From the NCBI RefSeq assembly GCF_009914755.1, contig NC_060940.1: a DNA stretch of 64,000 nucleotides. One strand, written 5' to 3'. Position numbers and translations under genes: made by a program. Of the stretch, positions 42,200 to 61,295 are shown piece after piece. Origin of the DNA: the human T2T-CHM13v2.0 reference genome, Homo sapiens. Positions within the stretch are counted from its first letter, which is position 1; each line of letters opens with the position of its first letter. The notes beneath the pieces were generated by a model. That model was not told where the DNA came from. It saw only the letters and a list, made by a program, of their open reading frames with translations, and searched no databases.

Positions 42200-42530
42200 G
42201 TGACCACGATCATGTCTTTTGTGGGAATATGCATGGAGCTGGGGGCCATTATCCTTAGCAAACTAATGCAGGAACAGAAAACCAAATACCACATATTCTC
42301 ACAAGTGTGAGTTAAATGATGAGAACTCATGAACACAAAGAAGACAACAACAGACACTGGGGTCTAATTGCGGGGGGCGGGAGGAGGGAGAGGAACAGAA
42401 AAGATAACTATTGGGTACTGGGCTTAATACCTGGGTGATGAAATAATCTGTACAACAAATCGCGGTGACACGAGTTCACCTATGTAGTAAACCTTCACAC
42501 GTACCCCCGAACCTAAAGTAAAAGTTTAAA
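42200..42530 (+). mobile_element. 5'-truncated LINE-1 3' end (older L1PA/L1PB type)
   Basis: Typical L1 3' sequence (gccattatccttagcaaactaatgcaggaacagaaaacc...tacctgggtgatgaaataatctgtacaacaaa...); TSD AAAAATTGGGAG at 42188-42199 and 42531-42542. Confidence 0.85.
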
Positions 42531-42673
42531 AAAAATTGGGAGAAGGAAGAACTCGGCAAAGGAGGGCTAGTTTGCAGGTAATTCACCTGGAGAACTGCCT
42601 GGCCCCTCCCTGGCTTTCCACAACATTTTGTGTTCTTTAAAACATTTTCCCCCAGCCAGGCGCCGTGATCCTA

Positions 42674-43075
<402 letters not shown>

Positions 43076-43549
43076 TCAGTGGCCTGCAGAATAAAACCCC
43101 AAATCCTTAACATGTCCCAGTTTGGTATTTTCCTACGCTTGGCCCTACCCGGGCCACCCCTTTCCAGGCTCTTTAATGGCGGAGCCTAGCTCTTTTCTGC
43201 CATGTGGCCTTACAGACTGGTTCCTGGGACAAGAATTGGCTACTTCTCCCTACCCAAGCTTTCGTTCGTTTTTTTATTCCTGGCCCCCACCACCTCCCCC
43301 CCATTTCTCTGCTCTCCTGTTAATTCCTTTGGAGCGATTACTATTTGTGAGTAGACATCCATTCGCGTGCATTCAGATCTATTATCCAAAAGACAGACGC
43401 TTATCCGTCTAGGTAGTCAGGCTCCAAGAGAGGAGCCCAGTCGGTCTGACTCCCGCAAACTCCCGGCACCGTGTCAGCCACATAGTAGGCGTCTACTGGA
43501 GACTTTGTTTAGATCAGTTAGTCAACGCAGGCAGCAGCTGAATCAGGAG

Positions 43550-44328
43550 AGAGTCCCCAACGCAAAGAAAGGGGCTCCTGAGACCCTTCGGGGCGCCGAG
43601 GCCCAGGTTTCGTCTCCCTCTGCTGCAGCAATGCCGTCGACTCAAAGGGGCTCGGGGCTGGGGAACTGGTTCTGGCAAACAGCACAACCTCGCCCGAATC
43701 CTGGTCCGCAGTAACTCGATCTTTCCCTTAGGCGGCGCTTCGGAGGGAAGGCGCCTAGTTCAGCGCGAGGCATCACGGGATTTGTAGTCTCCGTGGGCAT
43801 ATACCCACCGCGCTTGCGCACCGGTGAGGCGCGCACCGCCCCGCTCCACGCCCCTATCAGGATTCGGGTCCTCGTGAGGAGCAGTCCAGGCGACAGCGTT
43901 CCAACCTAATACGCCTCTCTCGCCCGCCGGGGACAAGACGGGCTGGGGAAAGAATCTGCTCTTCGGAGGCTATCGCAGTGCCTTGGAAGGCGGCAGGAAT
44001 CCGCACACACCCGCCCCGGAAGTGAGCCGCTTCTGGCGCGGGGCATTGTGGGGGGCGTAGTCTCTTTCTCAGGCGGTCCTTCGCGGCGTCCCCGGGGCCC
44101 ACTCCCGAGCGCAGGCGGGCAGCCAGGCGGGCGGCGCGGCGCGGGCCGGCAGGAAGCGTATTCTGGGCACGGGGCGCCGGGCGGGCCGGCTGCGCCGAGC
44201 GGCAGTGGTGGGATACCACCCAAGGCCTCGCGCGGCGCCGCCCGTCGAGGGGCGGGCGGCGGCGTAGCCACTGGGCCGTCGAAGAGCGCAGGAGGCCGGT
44301 GGGCCGGGCCGGGCCGCGCGGCGCAGCC
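43550..44328 (+). promoter_or_regulatory. THAP11: THAP11 CpG-island promoter and 5'UTR
   Basis: CpG-rich; ACTACAAATCCC (minus, 43777-43788); NRF1-like GCGCTTGCGCA 43810-43820; ETS/GABP CCGGAAGTG 44016-44024; SBS-like motif 44041-44061. Confidence 0.85.
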
Positions 44329-44636
44329 ATGCCTGGCTTTACGTGCTGCGTGCCAGGCTGCTACAACAACTCGCACCGGGACAAGGCGCTGCACTTCTAC
44401 ACGTTTCCAAAGGACGCTGAGTTGCGGCGCCTCTGGCTCAAGAACGTGTCGCGTGCCGGCGTCAGTGGGTGCTTCTCCACCTTCCAGCCCACCACAGGCC
44501 ACCGTCTCTGCAGCGTTCACTTCCAGGGCGGCCGCAAGACCTACACGGTACGCGTCCCCACCATCTTCCCGCTGCGCGGCGTCAATGAGCGCAAAGTAGC
44601 GCGCAGACCCGCTGGGGCCGCGGCCGCCCGCCGCAG

Positions 44637-44669
<33 letters not shown>

Positions 44670-44676
44670 GCAGCAA

Positions 44677-44725
<49 letters not shown>

Positions 44726-45273
44726 CCTCACCCTCTGCCTCCACTGCCCAGACTGCCCAGCTGCAGCCGAACCTGGTATCTGCTTCCGCGGCCGTGCTTC
44801 TCACCCTTCAGGCCACTGTAGACAGCAGTCAGGCTCCGGGATCCGTACAGCCGGCGCCCATCACTCCCACTGGAGAAGACGTGAAGCCCATCGATCTCAC
44901 AGTGCAAGTGGAGTTTGCAGCCGCAGAGGGCGCAGCCGCTGCGGCCGCCGCGTCGGAGTTACAGGCTGCTACCGCAGGGCTGGAGGCTGCCGAGTGCCCT
45001 ATGGGCCCCCAGTTGGTGGTGGTAGGGGAAGAGGGCTTCCCTGATACTGGCTCCGACCATTCGTACTCCTTGTCGTCAGGCACCACGGAGGAGGAGCTCC
45101 TGCGCAAGCTGAATGAGCAGCGGGACATCCTGGCTCTGATGGAAGTGAAGATGAAAGAGATGAAAGGCAGCATTCGCCACCTGCGTCTCACTGAGGCCAA
45201 GCTGCGCGAAGAACTGCGTGAGAAGGATCGGCTGCTTGCCATGGCTGTCATCCGCAAGAAGCACGGAATGTGA
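44329..45273 (+). CDS. THAP11: THAP domain-containing protein 11 (Ronin), single exon, 314 aa
   Basis: ATG 44329 to TGA 45273. C2CH THAP zinc finger (CCVPGC...LCSVHF...VPTIF), polyQ, HCF-1-binding motif DHSY (45055-45066), C-terminal coiled coil. Confidence 0.98.
44638..44724 (+). repeat. THAP11: Coding CAG/CAA repeat, 29 Gln: (CAG)3 CAA (CAG)5 CAA (CAG)2 CAA (CAG)5 CAA (CAG)10
   Basis: Counted directly from the sequence. Confidence 0.97.
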
Positions 45274-45945
45274 ACTGGTGCCCCGGCAGCCTGCTGGACT
45301 CCCAGACCCCATCCAGCCAGGGGACCGCAGGCCATTGTTGAACTCCTCTATACTCCTGGGCACTGGTTGACAGTACTGAGGCTTAAGGCAGCTGGACTCT
45401 CTTGCTGGTGACCTGGCATCCTCAATTGTTTCCTCCTGAAGTGGAAGCTGGGGCCTTAGACTCTGCCCTGGTGACACCAGCAATTATGACTTTGTCTACC
45501 CTTCCTCCCCAGTTATTGTTGCAGATTCTGGTTAAGCAGAGGCTTCAGAACCACTGAACTTGAAACTTACCCTCTAGGGATGCAGGTGGGATGTCCAGGG
45601 ACTATAGGTTTGGGAAAACCATACCTTAAGGTTGGTCAGCAGTCAGACAACTCTAATGTGTGTAGTGATAAGAGATTCAAGTAACATCAGTTCTCCTCCT
45701 TTTCATGCTTTTCCTTCCCAGGTGCAGCCTGTGATTCTGATGGGGACTGGTAAATCTGTGCCTCTGCCTCCTAGGACTTATTTTCCCAGGAGGCCATTTA
45801 CAAGGGGATCTGGATGACCTGCTGATGGAGATCCAGCTTGCCAGGGACTTAGGTTTATCCTGTTTTGTTTGCTACTGGTTACAAATTCTATTTTCTGTAC
45901 AATTAGTCAGACTAAAGTTTTCACTGTGTTTGTTTGGCAAAACAA

Positions 45946-45951
45946 ATTAAA
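45946..45951 (+). terminator. THAP11: THAP11 poly(A) signal ATTAAA
   Basis: ATTAAA ~670 nt after the stop, preceded by TGTA/T-rich elements and followed by T-rich sequence. Confidence 0.7.
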
Positions 45952-46505
45952 CAAAAAGTAAGGTTTTTATTTGGGTCTCGCCATTTTATTTTTACAAAAA
46001 CATAGTTAAATGTCCTTGAAACATGGGGAAATAGGCCTCAGCCTTTCTGAAAGACCAGGCTGACCCTGAAAGTAGAGATGCTTCAATGACCAGTTTTTCC
46101 AAAAATGGGCCCTAAGCACATGGATCCTGGCCTTATAAGGTCCTCACAGAGTTCCTGGCCCAGCTCACCCTAAAGAGTTTGGAAACTGCACCAAATGGGC
46201 CCAGTTTGTCCATGGATTATCTCCCTGTATCCTTTCAACAAGAAGGACCAACTGGTAACTAAGCTATATTGTGATAGTTCGCCTCTGAGGGTTTCAATTC
46301 TCAGCTGGGATTGAATTTTGCTCACCATGACATCCCTTAGGCTTAGCACAGCCTCTGGTATGCATGTGCATGCAGTTACTCTGTGAACCGGTAAGAGCGC
46401 AGCTGGAGCTAGCCAGGGCTGCTTCAGGCACAAGGACTGTTGTATAGATACCTTGGCCTTGGTACACCTTCGGTGTGACAGAGCTGTATCCACAGAGAGC
46501 ATTAA

Positions 46506-46799
<294 letters not shown>

Positions 46800-48149
46800 T
46801 GATCCGCCTGCTCTGCCTCCCAAAGTACTGAGATTACAGGTGTGAGCTACCCCGCCCAGCCTCTATTTTTTCTTAGATTGAATATTGAAGGGGCAAGGAT
46901 TACATTGCTTTTGTCTATAGCTCCAAGTAATTTAGCTCAAAGCCAATGTCTAAAAGTAAATGCCTTTAAAGCTCTGGGTTTACTGTGGGTGGTGGGGCAC
47001 AAACGGAGACTTTCAGACCCCATAAAATATGACTCCCTTCTCTTTCTTACTTATGGACAAAGCCATCTGCCTGGGGACTTGTCTGTGGCAACATGCTGGG
47101 ATGGTCCTAAAACTCAAGTCTCTGTTTCCCTTCTAGTCCCTTAGCACTGAGTTGGGAAAGTGGTGGGGAAGGAGTGAGACATAGGTTGTGTAGGTGGCTG
47201 GTTGGGGGATGGACTGGACCTCTGTCTTCCTAGGGTTAGATCTGGCTGGTAATCAGGTGGTGGAAGCACTGCAGTGCCCTTTGTTGCTCCTATTGGGCCA
47301 GTCTCACATCTTCCCGGTCGGAGCAAGGCCTTTTCCAGGATCCAGCCATGCTCTTCAGTGTATCCTTGAGCTCCTATTTATTGAAGGGACTTCTGCTGTT
47401 TCTGCATTGGCTCCCTTGAGGCTCTCAGCAGTACTCCCTGGACCCTCCCTGGTGTCTGGAGGTTATGGGCAGTGTTTTGGCTTCTTAGGGAGAAGAAGAC
47501 AGTTCACAGAGCAAGGGAGATCCCAGATGCAGATGTATAAGCGGGGCAATGCAGAGTTCTCACTAGCTGAGTAATAAGCATCTAGTCAGGCAAAGTGTAG
47601 TGTTGACAGACCTGAGATTTAAAAAACAGAAGTGTGGTCCGGTCTTACCAGCCATCTCTTGGAGGGGTAGCCTGTGGGTGGGGGAAGGTGCAAAACTCTT
47701 GTGGAAGAACAGGAGTACTGAGAGACCTCCGGCCAGGAAGGAAGGCTAGGAGTTGCCTGGAGAGGCCTTGTAGCCATTTCCCTTACCTGTGGTACCCCAA
47801 GTTGGCTGCAGATCTCTTTGCCAAGCACAGGTCTGACCTAGAGACTGGCCTTACCACAAATGTTTGTGTTACCAAGAAAACAAATGGGCGTTGAAAGGAA
47901 AGGGCAATGGGTAGGAAGAGAACTATTTACAATCTGGTCACTTAAATCACAGCGAAATTTTGGGTAAGTCAGTCATTTCTCTTTCCTCATTAATAAAAAT
48001 GAAACACTTAGCTGCTCTATCTGCTGCAAAAAAACCTTACAGAATGTTTTGGGGGGACCCCTGACTGTAGAAGTTTGAGGGTAACCTCTCCAACCAAGCC
48101 CCACCTGAGGGACATTTGAGTCTCCGGCCCAAGAATAGCCTAGCCTGCT

Positions 48150-49520
48150 CGAAACCAGCTTTGGGCCCGACTCGCCGAGGTGCAGGCGCACGAATGTTGG
48201 GATTGCAGGAGCTGTGCGTTCCGCCCGGGCTGGTTAAGGCCACACAGCTCGGAAGAGTAACAGCGGCAGCCATAGCCCCAAGGGGAGGGGGTTTCGTGAG
48301 CGGAAACGGCCCAGGGGCCCAGGGAGGGGCAGCTGGGCCAGCTTGGGGCCGGGCTGGGCTCCCACGGAGGCGGGGCCAACCCCCACCCCAGTGCACAGAC
48401 TGGGCGGGGCCGAGCCAGCTGAGACCAGGAGACAACTGAGCCCTGACCCTAGCCTGGCGCCAACCTCTAGTGTTCCAGAGGCTTCCGCTAGACCACAATT
48501 CTCAGGGGCTTGCCCCGGCAGCCTCCCTCCCTGGCTTAGCCTCACCTCCCGCGCTGCGGGCCGTGTCTGGGCCTCCGCGCATAGCACGCCGGGAATTGTA
48601 GTTTTCTCTCGGCGCGCTCATGCCGGAAAGGGGGGGCGGTGGGACTGCGTCTCCCAGAGTGCAGCGGGGCGGGCGAAGGAAGGCAGGGGGGAAGGGACAG
48701 TCGGCCGCAGACCGCGCTGGGTTGCCGCTGCCGCTGCCGCCATCGTGCCAGCCCCTCGGGTGAGTGTCGGGGCCAGCACGCCGGGGCGGGGGCTGGGCCG
48801 CAGGAGCCGCTCTCTGGGCTGCCGGGAGGCTCCGCTGAGAGTCCCCGGGCGGCCCCTCCCCTCCCCCCCCCCCGGCGGCCCGAAGCCGCGCGGGGCCCGG
48901 GCCATGTGTCGCGCGCGGCTCCGCCTCCCGCCGGTCCTGTGAGGCGGCGGCCGGGGGTAACGCACAGAGAGCCAGCCGGGCGCCTATCTGGGCCGTACCG
49001 TGCTGGTGGCTGGTGCACCGGCCTGCGCCATGGCCAGGCCTTTTTCTCTAGTCAGGACCGTCCGGATGGGGCCTTAGGGCCCCGCCCCGTCTAGCCTGGC
49101 CCGGCCTGCGCGAGCCCCGCAAGCTCTGCAGGCTGGCTAGCGGGCAGACCCCAGCCCCACGTCCTGCTACCCACCTACGAAGGATCCGGGGATGGGCAGC
49201 GCCACCCGGCCCGCTCCAGAGTCAGCATGGGTAAGGGCGCCCGCCTGCCGCAGCCGGGGCTTGGGCCCCTCACCCTGTTCCCGACCATAGCCCGGCCGGG
49301 GTGTAGGTGAACGCCCCCTCCTTGTCTGCCCCTCGGAAGTGTACGTTTCTTACCGCGCCCTTTGTGGAGCCCGGACTGGAGTTCTCGCAGGGAGGGCAGG
49401 GTCAGGGAATATGAGGCGGGAGGGGATTCCACGGGAGACTTTATCCCTGTCTTGTCTTAGAGGATCTGGGCCTGATGGGGTGAGGCGGCTCCTGCCGGGT
49501 AGGCCCAGCCCACGCCCTTC
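48150..49520. promoter_or_regulatory. CpG island: promoter of NUTF2 (+) and probable distal promoter of CENPT (-)
   Basis: Very CpG-rich; ACTACAATTCCC on minus strand 48591-48602; GC boxes; YY1-like GCCGCCATC ~48736-48744; splice donors on both strands (+ 48760 and 49231; - 49174). Confidence 0.85.
48690..48759 (+). other. NUTF2: Non-coding first exon, most likely NUTF2 (coding exons beyond the window); alternative first-exon donor at 49231
   Basis: Donor CGG|GTGAGT at 48760. Gene identity rests on known gene order at this locus, not on coding sequence; the 5' boundary is approximate. Confidence 0.65.
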
Positions 49521-50242
49521 TCTATCAGTGACCAGGCCCCAGCAGCAACACAGAATTGCCCCGCAGGACAGGATGACTTCATAAGAATGGGATGTTAAGG
49601 TGGGACTTAATGCACGGGAAGTAGAATTCAGGCCTGAGGTTCTTGAGCCTAGTGCTAAACCAGAACCTGGGCTGGAAGGGGCTTTGGGGGGTGGGGCACG
49701 TAGATTTCAGACTTTGTGGGGCCCTCCCGAAGCCTGGGTGGCAGAACTAGGGCTGGAAGCTCCAGAAAGTCTGGCTTCCCCTCACTTGCTTGCTCACTTC
49801 CCAACAACTGGAGCTGCCTGTAAACAGGCAGGAACCTGGTTGCTTTATGAAATTGCCCTTACTGATGCCATCAGAGACCCTACTGAGTTCTGGGGGAAGA
49901 GTTATCTTTGACCAAAAAATACTATCCTGATATCCTTTGTAAAGGCGCTTCTGATTGAGAGATGGTAAATTAAGGAACCAGTCCAGAGAAGACCTTGGGA
50001 CTAGGGGAGAGATGGCATGTAAAGCGTTGATTTCTCTGAGCCGCAGTCTTTCCAGAGACTAAAGAAGTAGCTCAGGCCTGGCGCGGTGGCTCACGCCTGC
50101 AATCCCAGCACTTTGGGAGGCCAAGGCCAGCGGATCACCTGAGGTCCGGGGTTCCAGACTAGCATGGCCAACATGGCAAAAGCGCATCTCTACTAAAAAT
50201 ACAAAAATTAGCTGAACGTGGAGGTGCACTTCTGTAATCCTA

Positions 50243-50710
<468 letters not shown>

Positions 50711-51077
50711 TCACTTCTTCCAAGTACTCTTGACCTAGAAGTTTTCTTGCATATGAATTGCTCTGCCTAGTTATTCTCCCTGGTCAGGAAGAATAGGCAA
50801 GAATGCTGCTCAGATTTTACCAAGCCCTGCCTTCTCTCTGGATGTAACTTTCCTAGTCCATATCCTGGCCCATGAGGACATGGAAATCAGGTTCATCCAA
50901 GAGGCTCAGGAGAGGCCAACTTTGCCAGTGGAGCTGGGCAATAAGGAGGGACTACCCACAGGACAATGAGGTGAAATCTAGAACTAGAAGCAGTTATTTC
51001 AAGACCCTGTAGATTGTCTGCGTGGGTACTTTCTAGGACACAGATTTCAGGTGAGCTGGCTTACGGCTATGGCGTAG

Positions 51078-51395
<318 letters not shown>

Positions 51396-51406
51396 TGAGC
51401 CACTGA

Positions 51407-51637
<231 letters not shown>

Positions 51638-51715
51638 TAGCCAGGATGGTCTCGATCTCCTGACCTCGTGATCCGCCCGTCTCGGCCTCCCAAAGTGCCG
51701 GGATTCCAGGCGTGA

Positions 51716-52260
<545 letters not shown>

Positions 52261-52449
52261 TGAGCCACCGCGCCTGGCCGTTCCCTGTAACCTCTTTGTC
52301 TGAGGTCAGCTAGCCATTGCTAGGCATCCTGATCCTGAGAATTCGTTAAATGTTTCTGGAACTTGGCGGGCCATCTAGGTCTCAGATATAAGAGAAGTGG
52401 CCTGAGGTTCTCCAGGATCTATCTGCATCCTCTATTCATGTAGGGCTGA

Positions 52450-52956
<507 letters not shown>

Positions 52957-52993
52957 TAAGAGAGACACAGAATAGGCAGGGTGCGGTGGCTCA

Positions 52994-53477
<484 letters not shown>

Positions 53478-53683
53478 GAGACACAGAATTTTCAAATTTC
53501 AGAACAAGTCTGGGCGCAGTGGCTCACGCCTGTAATCCCAGCACTTTGGGAGGCTGAGGTGGGTGGATTACTTGAGGTCAGGAGTTCAAAACCAGCCTTA
53601 CCAACATGGAAAAACCCTGTCTCTACTAAAAATATGAAAATTAGCTGAGCGTGGTGGTGCATGCCTGTAATCCCAGCTACTCA

Positions 53684-53803
<120 letters not shown>

Positions 53804-54102
53804 TCATAACTAGAAGCCACCTTATATCAAAAATTCTAGGATTCAGCACCAGCTCTGAAGCTGGAGCATTGCTTGAGGCCAGGAGTTCAAAACTAGCCTT
53901 GTCAACATAGCAATACCCATTTCTACAAAAGAAAAATAAAAAAATAGCCAGTGTGGTTGTGGTGTTGTATACCTGTAGTTCCAGCTGCTCAAGAGGCTGC
54001 AGGAGGTCAAGGAACCGTGAGCTATGATCATGCCACTGCACTGTAGCCTGGGGACACTCTAGCAAGACCCTGTCTCCAAAAAAAAGGCTAGGTTTCCCTT
54101 AA

Positions 54103-54631
<529 letters not shown>

Positions 54632-55092
54632 TAGTAGAGATGGGGTTTCTCCATGTTGGTCAGGCTGGTCTCGAACTCCCGACCTCACTCAGGTGATCCA
54701 CCCACCTTGGCCTCCCAAAGTGCTGGGATTACAGGCATGAGCCACCGCTCCCGGCCCTTTTTTTCTTTCTTTTTAAAGTTTTTCTTAGGGTACATCAGCA
54801 GCCTTTTTATTTTATTTTATTTTATTTTAATGAGATAAGGTCTCACTCTTTTACCAACAGTGAGACCCTGTCTTTAAAATAAATTAAATAAATAGAAACC
54901 AGCCAGGTATGGTGGTGGGTGCCTGTAGTCCCAGCTACTTGGGAGGTGAGGCAAGAGGATCACTTCAGCCCAGAAGTTCAAGTCTGCAGTGAGCTGTGAT
55001 TGTGGCACTGCTAAAGTGCAGTTGGTGCCATCTCAGGTCACTGCAGCCTTGACCTCCTGGGCTCAAGCAGTCCTCCCACCTCAGCCTCCTGA

Positions 55093-55602
<510 letters not shown>

Positions 55603-55698
55603 TAGAGACGGGATCTCACTGTGTTGCCCAGGCTGGTCTCAGAACTCTTGAGCTCAGGTGATCCTCCTGCCTCAACCTCCCAAGTACTGGGATTATAG

Positions 55699-55932
<234 letters not shown>

Positions 55933-56556
55933 TAGGATGATCTTGATCTCTTGAACTCTTGGTCTGCCCGCCTTGGCCTCCCAAAATGCTGGGATTACAG
56001 GCGTGAGCCACTGCTTGCCTGGCCTGTGCGAGGCCTTCTAGTCCCCTGCTTGGAGCATGGGTTTGTGGCTTCTCCTCCTTTCACTGAGACCCTCCTATGG
56101 TCACTTTAAGTGCCCAATAGTTGTTCCTGTGGTGGTACCCATCAGGGCATCTTCCCAGGCACCAGACAGGAATTCTCCACAGAGGTGGGAGGTTCAGCAG
56201 ACCTGGTCAGGGAGGCTCCTTGGATGTTCCTTCAACAGATGGCCCTTGCCTGGGGGCTTACAGAGGGAAACAGGAGACAGCAGGGACTTTGGAAATACCA
56301 ATAGCGCTTGTTTTAGAATCCAATTCAGACCATTTTCGTTGAGGCCTCCAGGACAGAGGAATAGTCCTTTTGGGGCAAGGGGAGTGAATCCTAAAAGTTT
56401 TCCACAGAATAGACATTGAAAGTTGGGCATGATTTCTTGGCCGGGCACAGAGGCTCACACCTGTAATCCCAGCACTTTGGGAGGCCAAGGTGGGTGGATC
56501 ATCTGAGGTCAGGAGTTTGAGACCAACCTGGCCAATATGGCAAAACCCCGTCTCTA

Positions 56557-56715
<159 letters not shown>

Positions 56716-57649
56716 TTAAAAAAAAAAGTTGGGCAGGATTTCTTTAAGCTGAGGTTGAGCCGAACCTTGTGCTGGGTGCTGGTTTGTTTTTTTTTTTAAT
56801 TAATGTTTTGATAGGGCATTTGAGAATGATGTTTGTGTGTTTGCAGTTCAGTTTGAGTTGGCTACCCCTTTCCTGGCTTTGTGATTCTGTGATTCTCTCT
56901 TCCTTTGATCATATATGGCAGGAATTCTTGAGTCCCTCCCTCGGGGAGCCAGCAGTGTATGGATTATCCTTGGAGTGACTTAGGTCATGTGATATTATTC
57001 ACCCTCTTTTTCCTCACCCTATCAGCTGGAGTGTGCCCTCCTGGGCAGAATGCTTTGCTTGGGTCTGGGTTTGGCTGGGAACGTGTCTTAGTGGCCAAGG
57101 GAGAGGGACACGAGGCCCAGGGTGGCCTGCCTAGGGGCCACAGGGCTCCTACTGCTGGCTGACCAGTGGCCAAGAACTTCTTTTCATTGTCTTGGGCGTT
57201 ACTCATTTGTTGCTGTACCTGCTGTGTGCCAGCTCCTTAAGCCCCCAGGCTGGAGACAGGGCTGCTATGGGGATAGGGAACCCTTATTAGAGAGGGGTTT
57301 CTGGGGTACCTGGGAACTGAGGGCTGTTTGTCCCAGTGTCCTCAGTAAACTGGGGGAATTTTGGAATGTTTGTTTCTTAAAGTCTCGAATGATTCCATCA
57401 GAGCCAGTGGGTCTCCCGAGGGCAGAAACTGGAAAGCTTGCTGCCCCAGGAAAGAGCTCTGTGTGGAGATACTGGTTCCACTTGCAGGTGGTTTCAGGAC
57501 TAGGAGAATGCAAATTCTCAGTTGTCCTAAGGTGTAAAGCTGCTTTGACCTGCTGAGTAGGTGCTCAGGTTCTTCCATTCTGAGGCTCCATGGAGCTTGC
57601 TGATTTCATAGGGGAAGACAAGGCCTGGGCTGCATTCCTTGCCACCCGA

Positions 57650-57938
<289 letters not shown>

Positions 57939-57988
57939 TCAGCTGTTTGCATCTCGGCCAGTTTTTTTTTGTTGTTGTTGTTTTTTGA

Positions 57989-58093
<105 letters not shown>

Positions 58094-58195
58094 TAGCTGG
58101 GATTACAGGCACCCACCACCACGCCTGGCAAATTTTTATATTTTTAATAGAGACAGGGTTTCACCATCTTGGCCAGGCTGGTCTTGAATTCCTGA

Positions 58196-58520
<325 letters not shown>

Positions 58521-59957
58521 TGATCTACTTGCCTTGGCCTCCCAAAGTGCTGGGTTTACAGGCATGAGCCACTGTGCCCGGCCCCATCTCGGCCAGTTTT
58601 GTGGACATTCTAATGCTGGCTATGCCAGTGGCCTTTTGTGGTCTTAAATTCTTTCTTAACCTCTTGGAGTCTTTGTTTCCTTGTCTATAAAGTGAAGATA
58701 ATCATACCAGCTTCACAGGGCTTGTTGTGAGACTCAAGTGAGAGAATACAGAAGTGTTTGACTCACAGGAGGTGTTCCCTCCACCACTCTGTGGACGCCA
58801 TGGTCATCCCTTTATTCCCTGCTCTTCTCAGTCTCAGCGTGTCACAACAGTGTTGGCCAGGCCACAGGAGTGGTCACTTAGGGGTCTCAAGCCCCATTAG
58901 GGGAGCCAAGTCCATGTTTACCTGACAATCAAGTTCATGGCCTGAGGCTCAGTTCACAGATGGGAGCTGTGTAGAAGGAATGGGGCCCCAGAGGTCTTCT
59001 CAGTCACTGGGGAAAGGGAGGTTACATAGGGAGTGAGTGCAGAGCAGAGACCAGAATGCAGGTCTCGGGATTCAGCTGGGCCAGTCAGGGAAGCCCAGTG
59101 GCTCTAGAACCCTCCCTGCAGGCAGAAGAGGAGGAAGGGGCCCTTAGGGTGCTGTGGGCACCTAGACCTCAGGTGACAGCCCCAGGAAAGGATTCTGTCT
59201 TGGCCAGCCATCTGGGCTGATTGCACTCCATCCTTCAGCCAGGGGAGTGGCGGGCCAGGCAGTTTCCATTCCTGATTCTAGGCCATCTCCATGGTGTGGG
59301 CGAGATACCTACCTTCTTCCTAGCTGTTGACCTAGTATTCACCTAGGAACCCATACTGACTCCTTACAGCTGGGTCCTGCTCCATACCCCATTCATTACC
59401 TCCTAACATCCTACAATTACTAATGATGGGACAGAGTCAAAGGGTCAAATAACAAGGGAGAAGTGGAGCAGGCTAGAGGCCAGGTCTTTGAGGGTGTGGC
59501 TGTGCCTGCTGTTTAGCCACAGCTGTCTCTCACTAGGACCTTGGGAATGAGAGAGTATTGGGGCCAAGCCCCAATTGCCACATGCCATAGACAGATAGCT
59601 GGGTGGACAACAAATAATTGTTTCCTCACAGCTTGGACAGAAGGTGTGGGTGGAGGGGAAGTGGGTCAGTAGGCCACTTGAGTGGAGTTTGCCCAGAACT
59701 TACTCCTCCTCCAGAGAAGAAGGGCTGGCCTCTCAGCCCAGGCTCTGACACACTCATGCACTTAGTCAACAAATAGTTTGTTTGAGGGCTGGGCCAGGTA
59801 CCATGGGAACAGGGATGACTAGGGGTGCTTTGTCAGGGAGATAGACCGTAAACAAATACCAAACTGTGACAATGTCATGCAGTGATAAGTGCTAAGAAAA
59901 CAATACAGGAGGCAAAATGGGTAATCAGACAGCTACTTTATTATTTATTTATTTTAA

Positions 59958-60221
<264 letters not shown>

Positions 60222-60741
60222 TGAGCCACTGTACCTGGCCACTAGACAGCAACTTTAGACTAAGGGGTCAGGGAAGGTGTGAATGAGGAGGTGACATTCG
60301 AGCTGGCACATATGTGACACACGAAGATCTAGGAAGTAGAGTGGTCCAGATAGAAGGAGCAGCAGTTACAAAGCCCTGCGATGAGAACAGACTCAGCATG
60401 TTCCAGATAGAGGAAATTGCCTGGTGCAACTGTAGAGGAGGGGAGGGAGTGGCAAGAGATGAGGTTGGACAGCCAGGAGGGCCAGGTCACCTAGGACAGG
60501 ATAAGTGGTTGAGACTTTGTTCCAGGTGCCATGGGACAGAATACATAGTAGCACCCCTCCTCAGACCATAAAATCGGGGGACTTCCAGAAGGACTGACAC
60601 CCAGCAGTGTCTTCCTGTCTGGTTGCTGCTGCTCTGCCTTCAGGACACTTTTTTTTTTTTTTTTGAGACAAGATCTCACTGTGTTGCCCAGTCTGGACCT
60701 CCCTGGCTCAAGCCATCCTCCTACCTCAGCCTCCCGAGTAA

Positions 60742-61295
<554 letters not shown>

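Noticed and set aside
44299-44328. 10-aa N-terminal extension of THAP11 in the ORF track
   Set aside because: GTG start; THAP domains normally begin at the extreme N-terminus, so ATG 44329 is preferred.
43906-44694. 262-aa antisense ORF beginning with poly-Leu
   Set aside because: Starts at a TTG inside the CAG/CAA repeat and is the GC-rich antisense shadow of THAP11; kept only as context for the bidirectional-repeat finding.
48037-49432. Several 100-200 aa Pro/Arg/Gly-rich ORFs in the CpG island
   Set aside because: Expected from stop-codon scarcity in GC-rich DNA; no recognisable domain.
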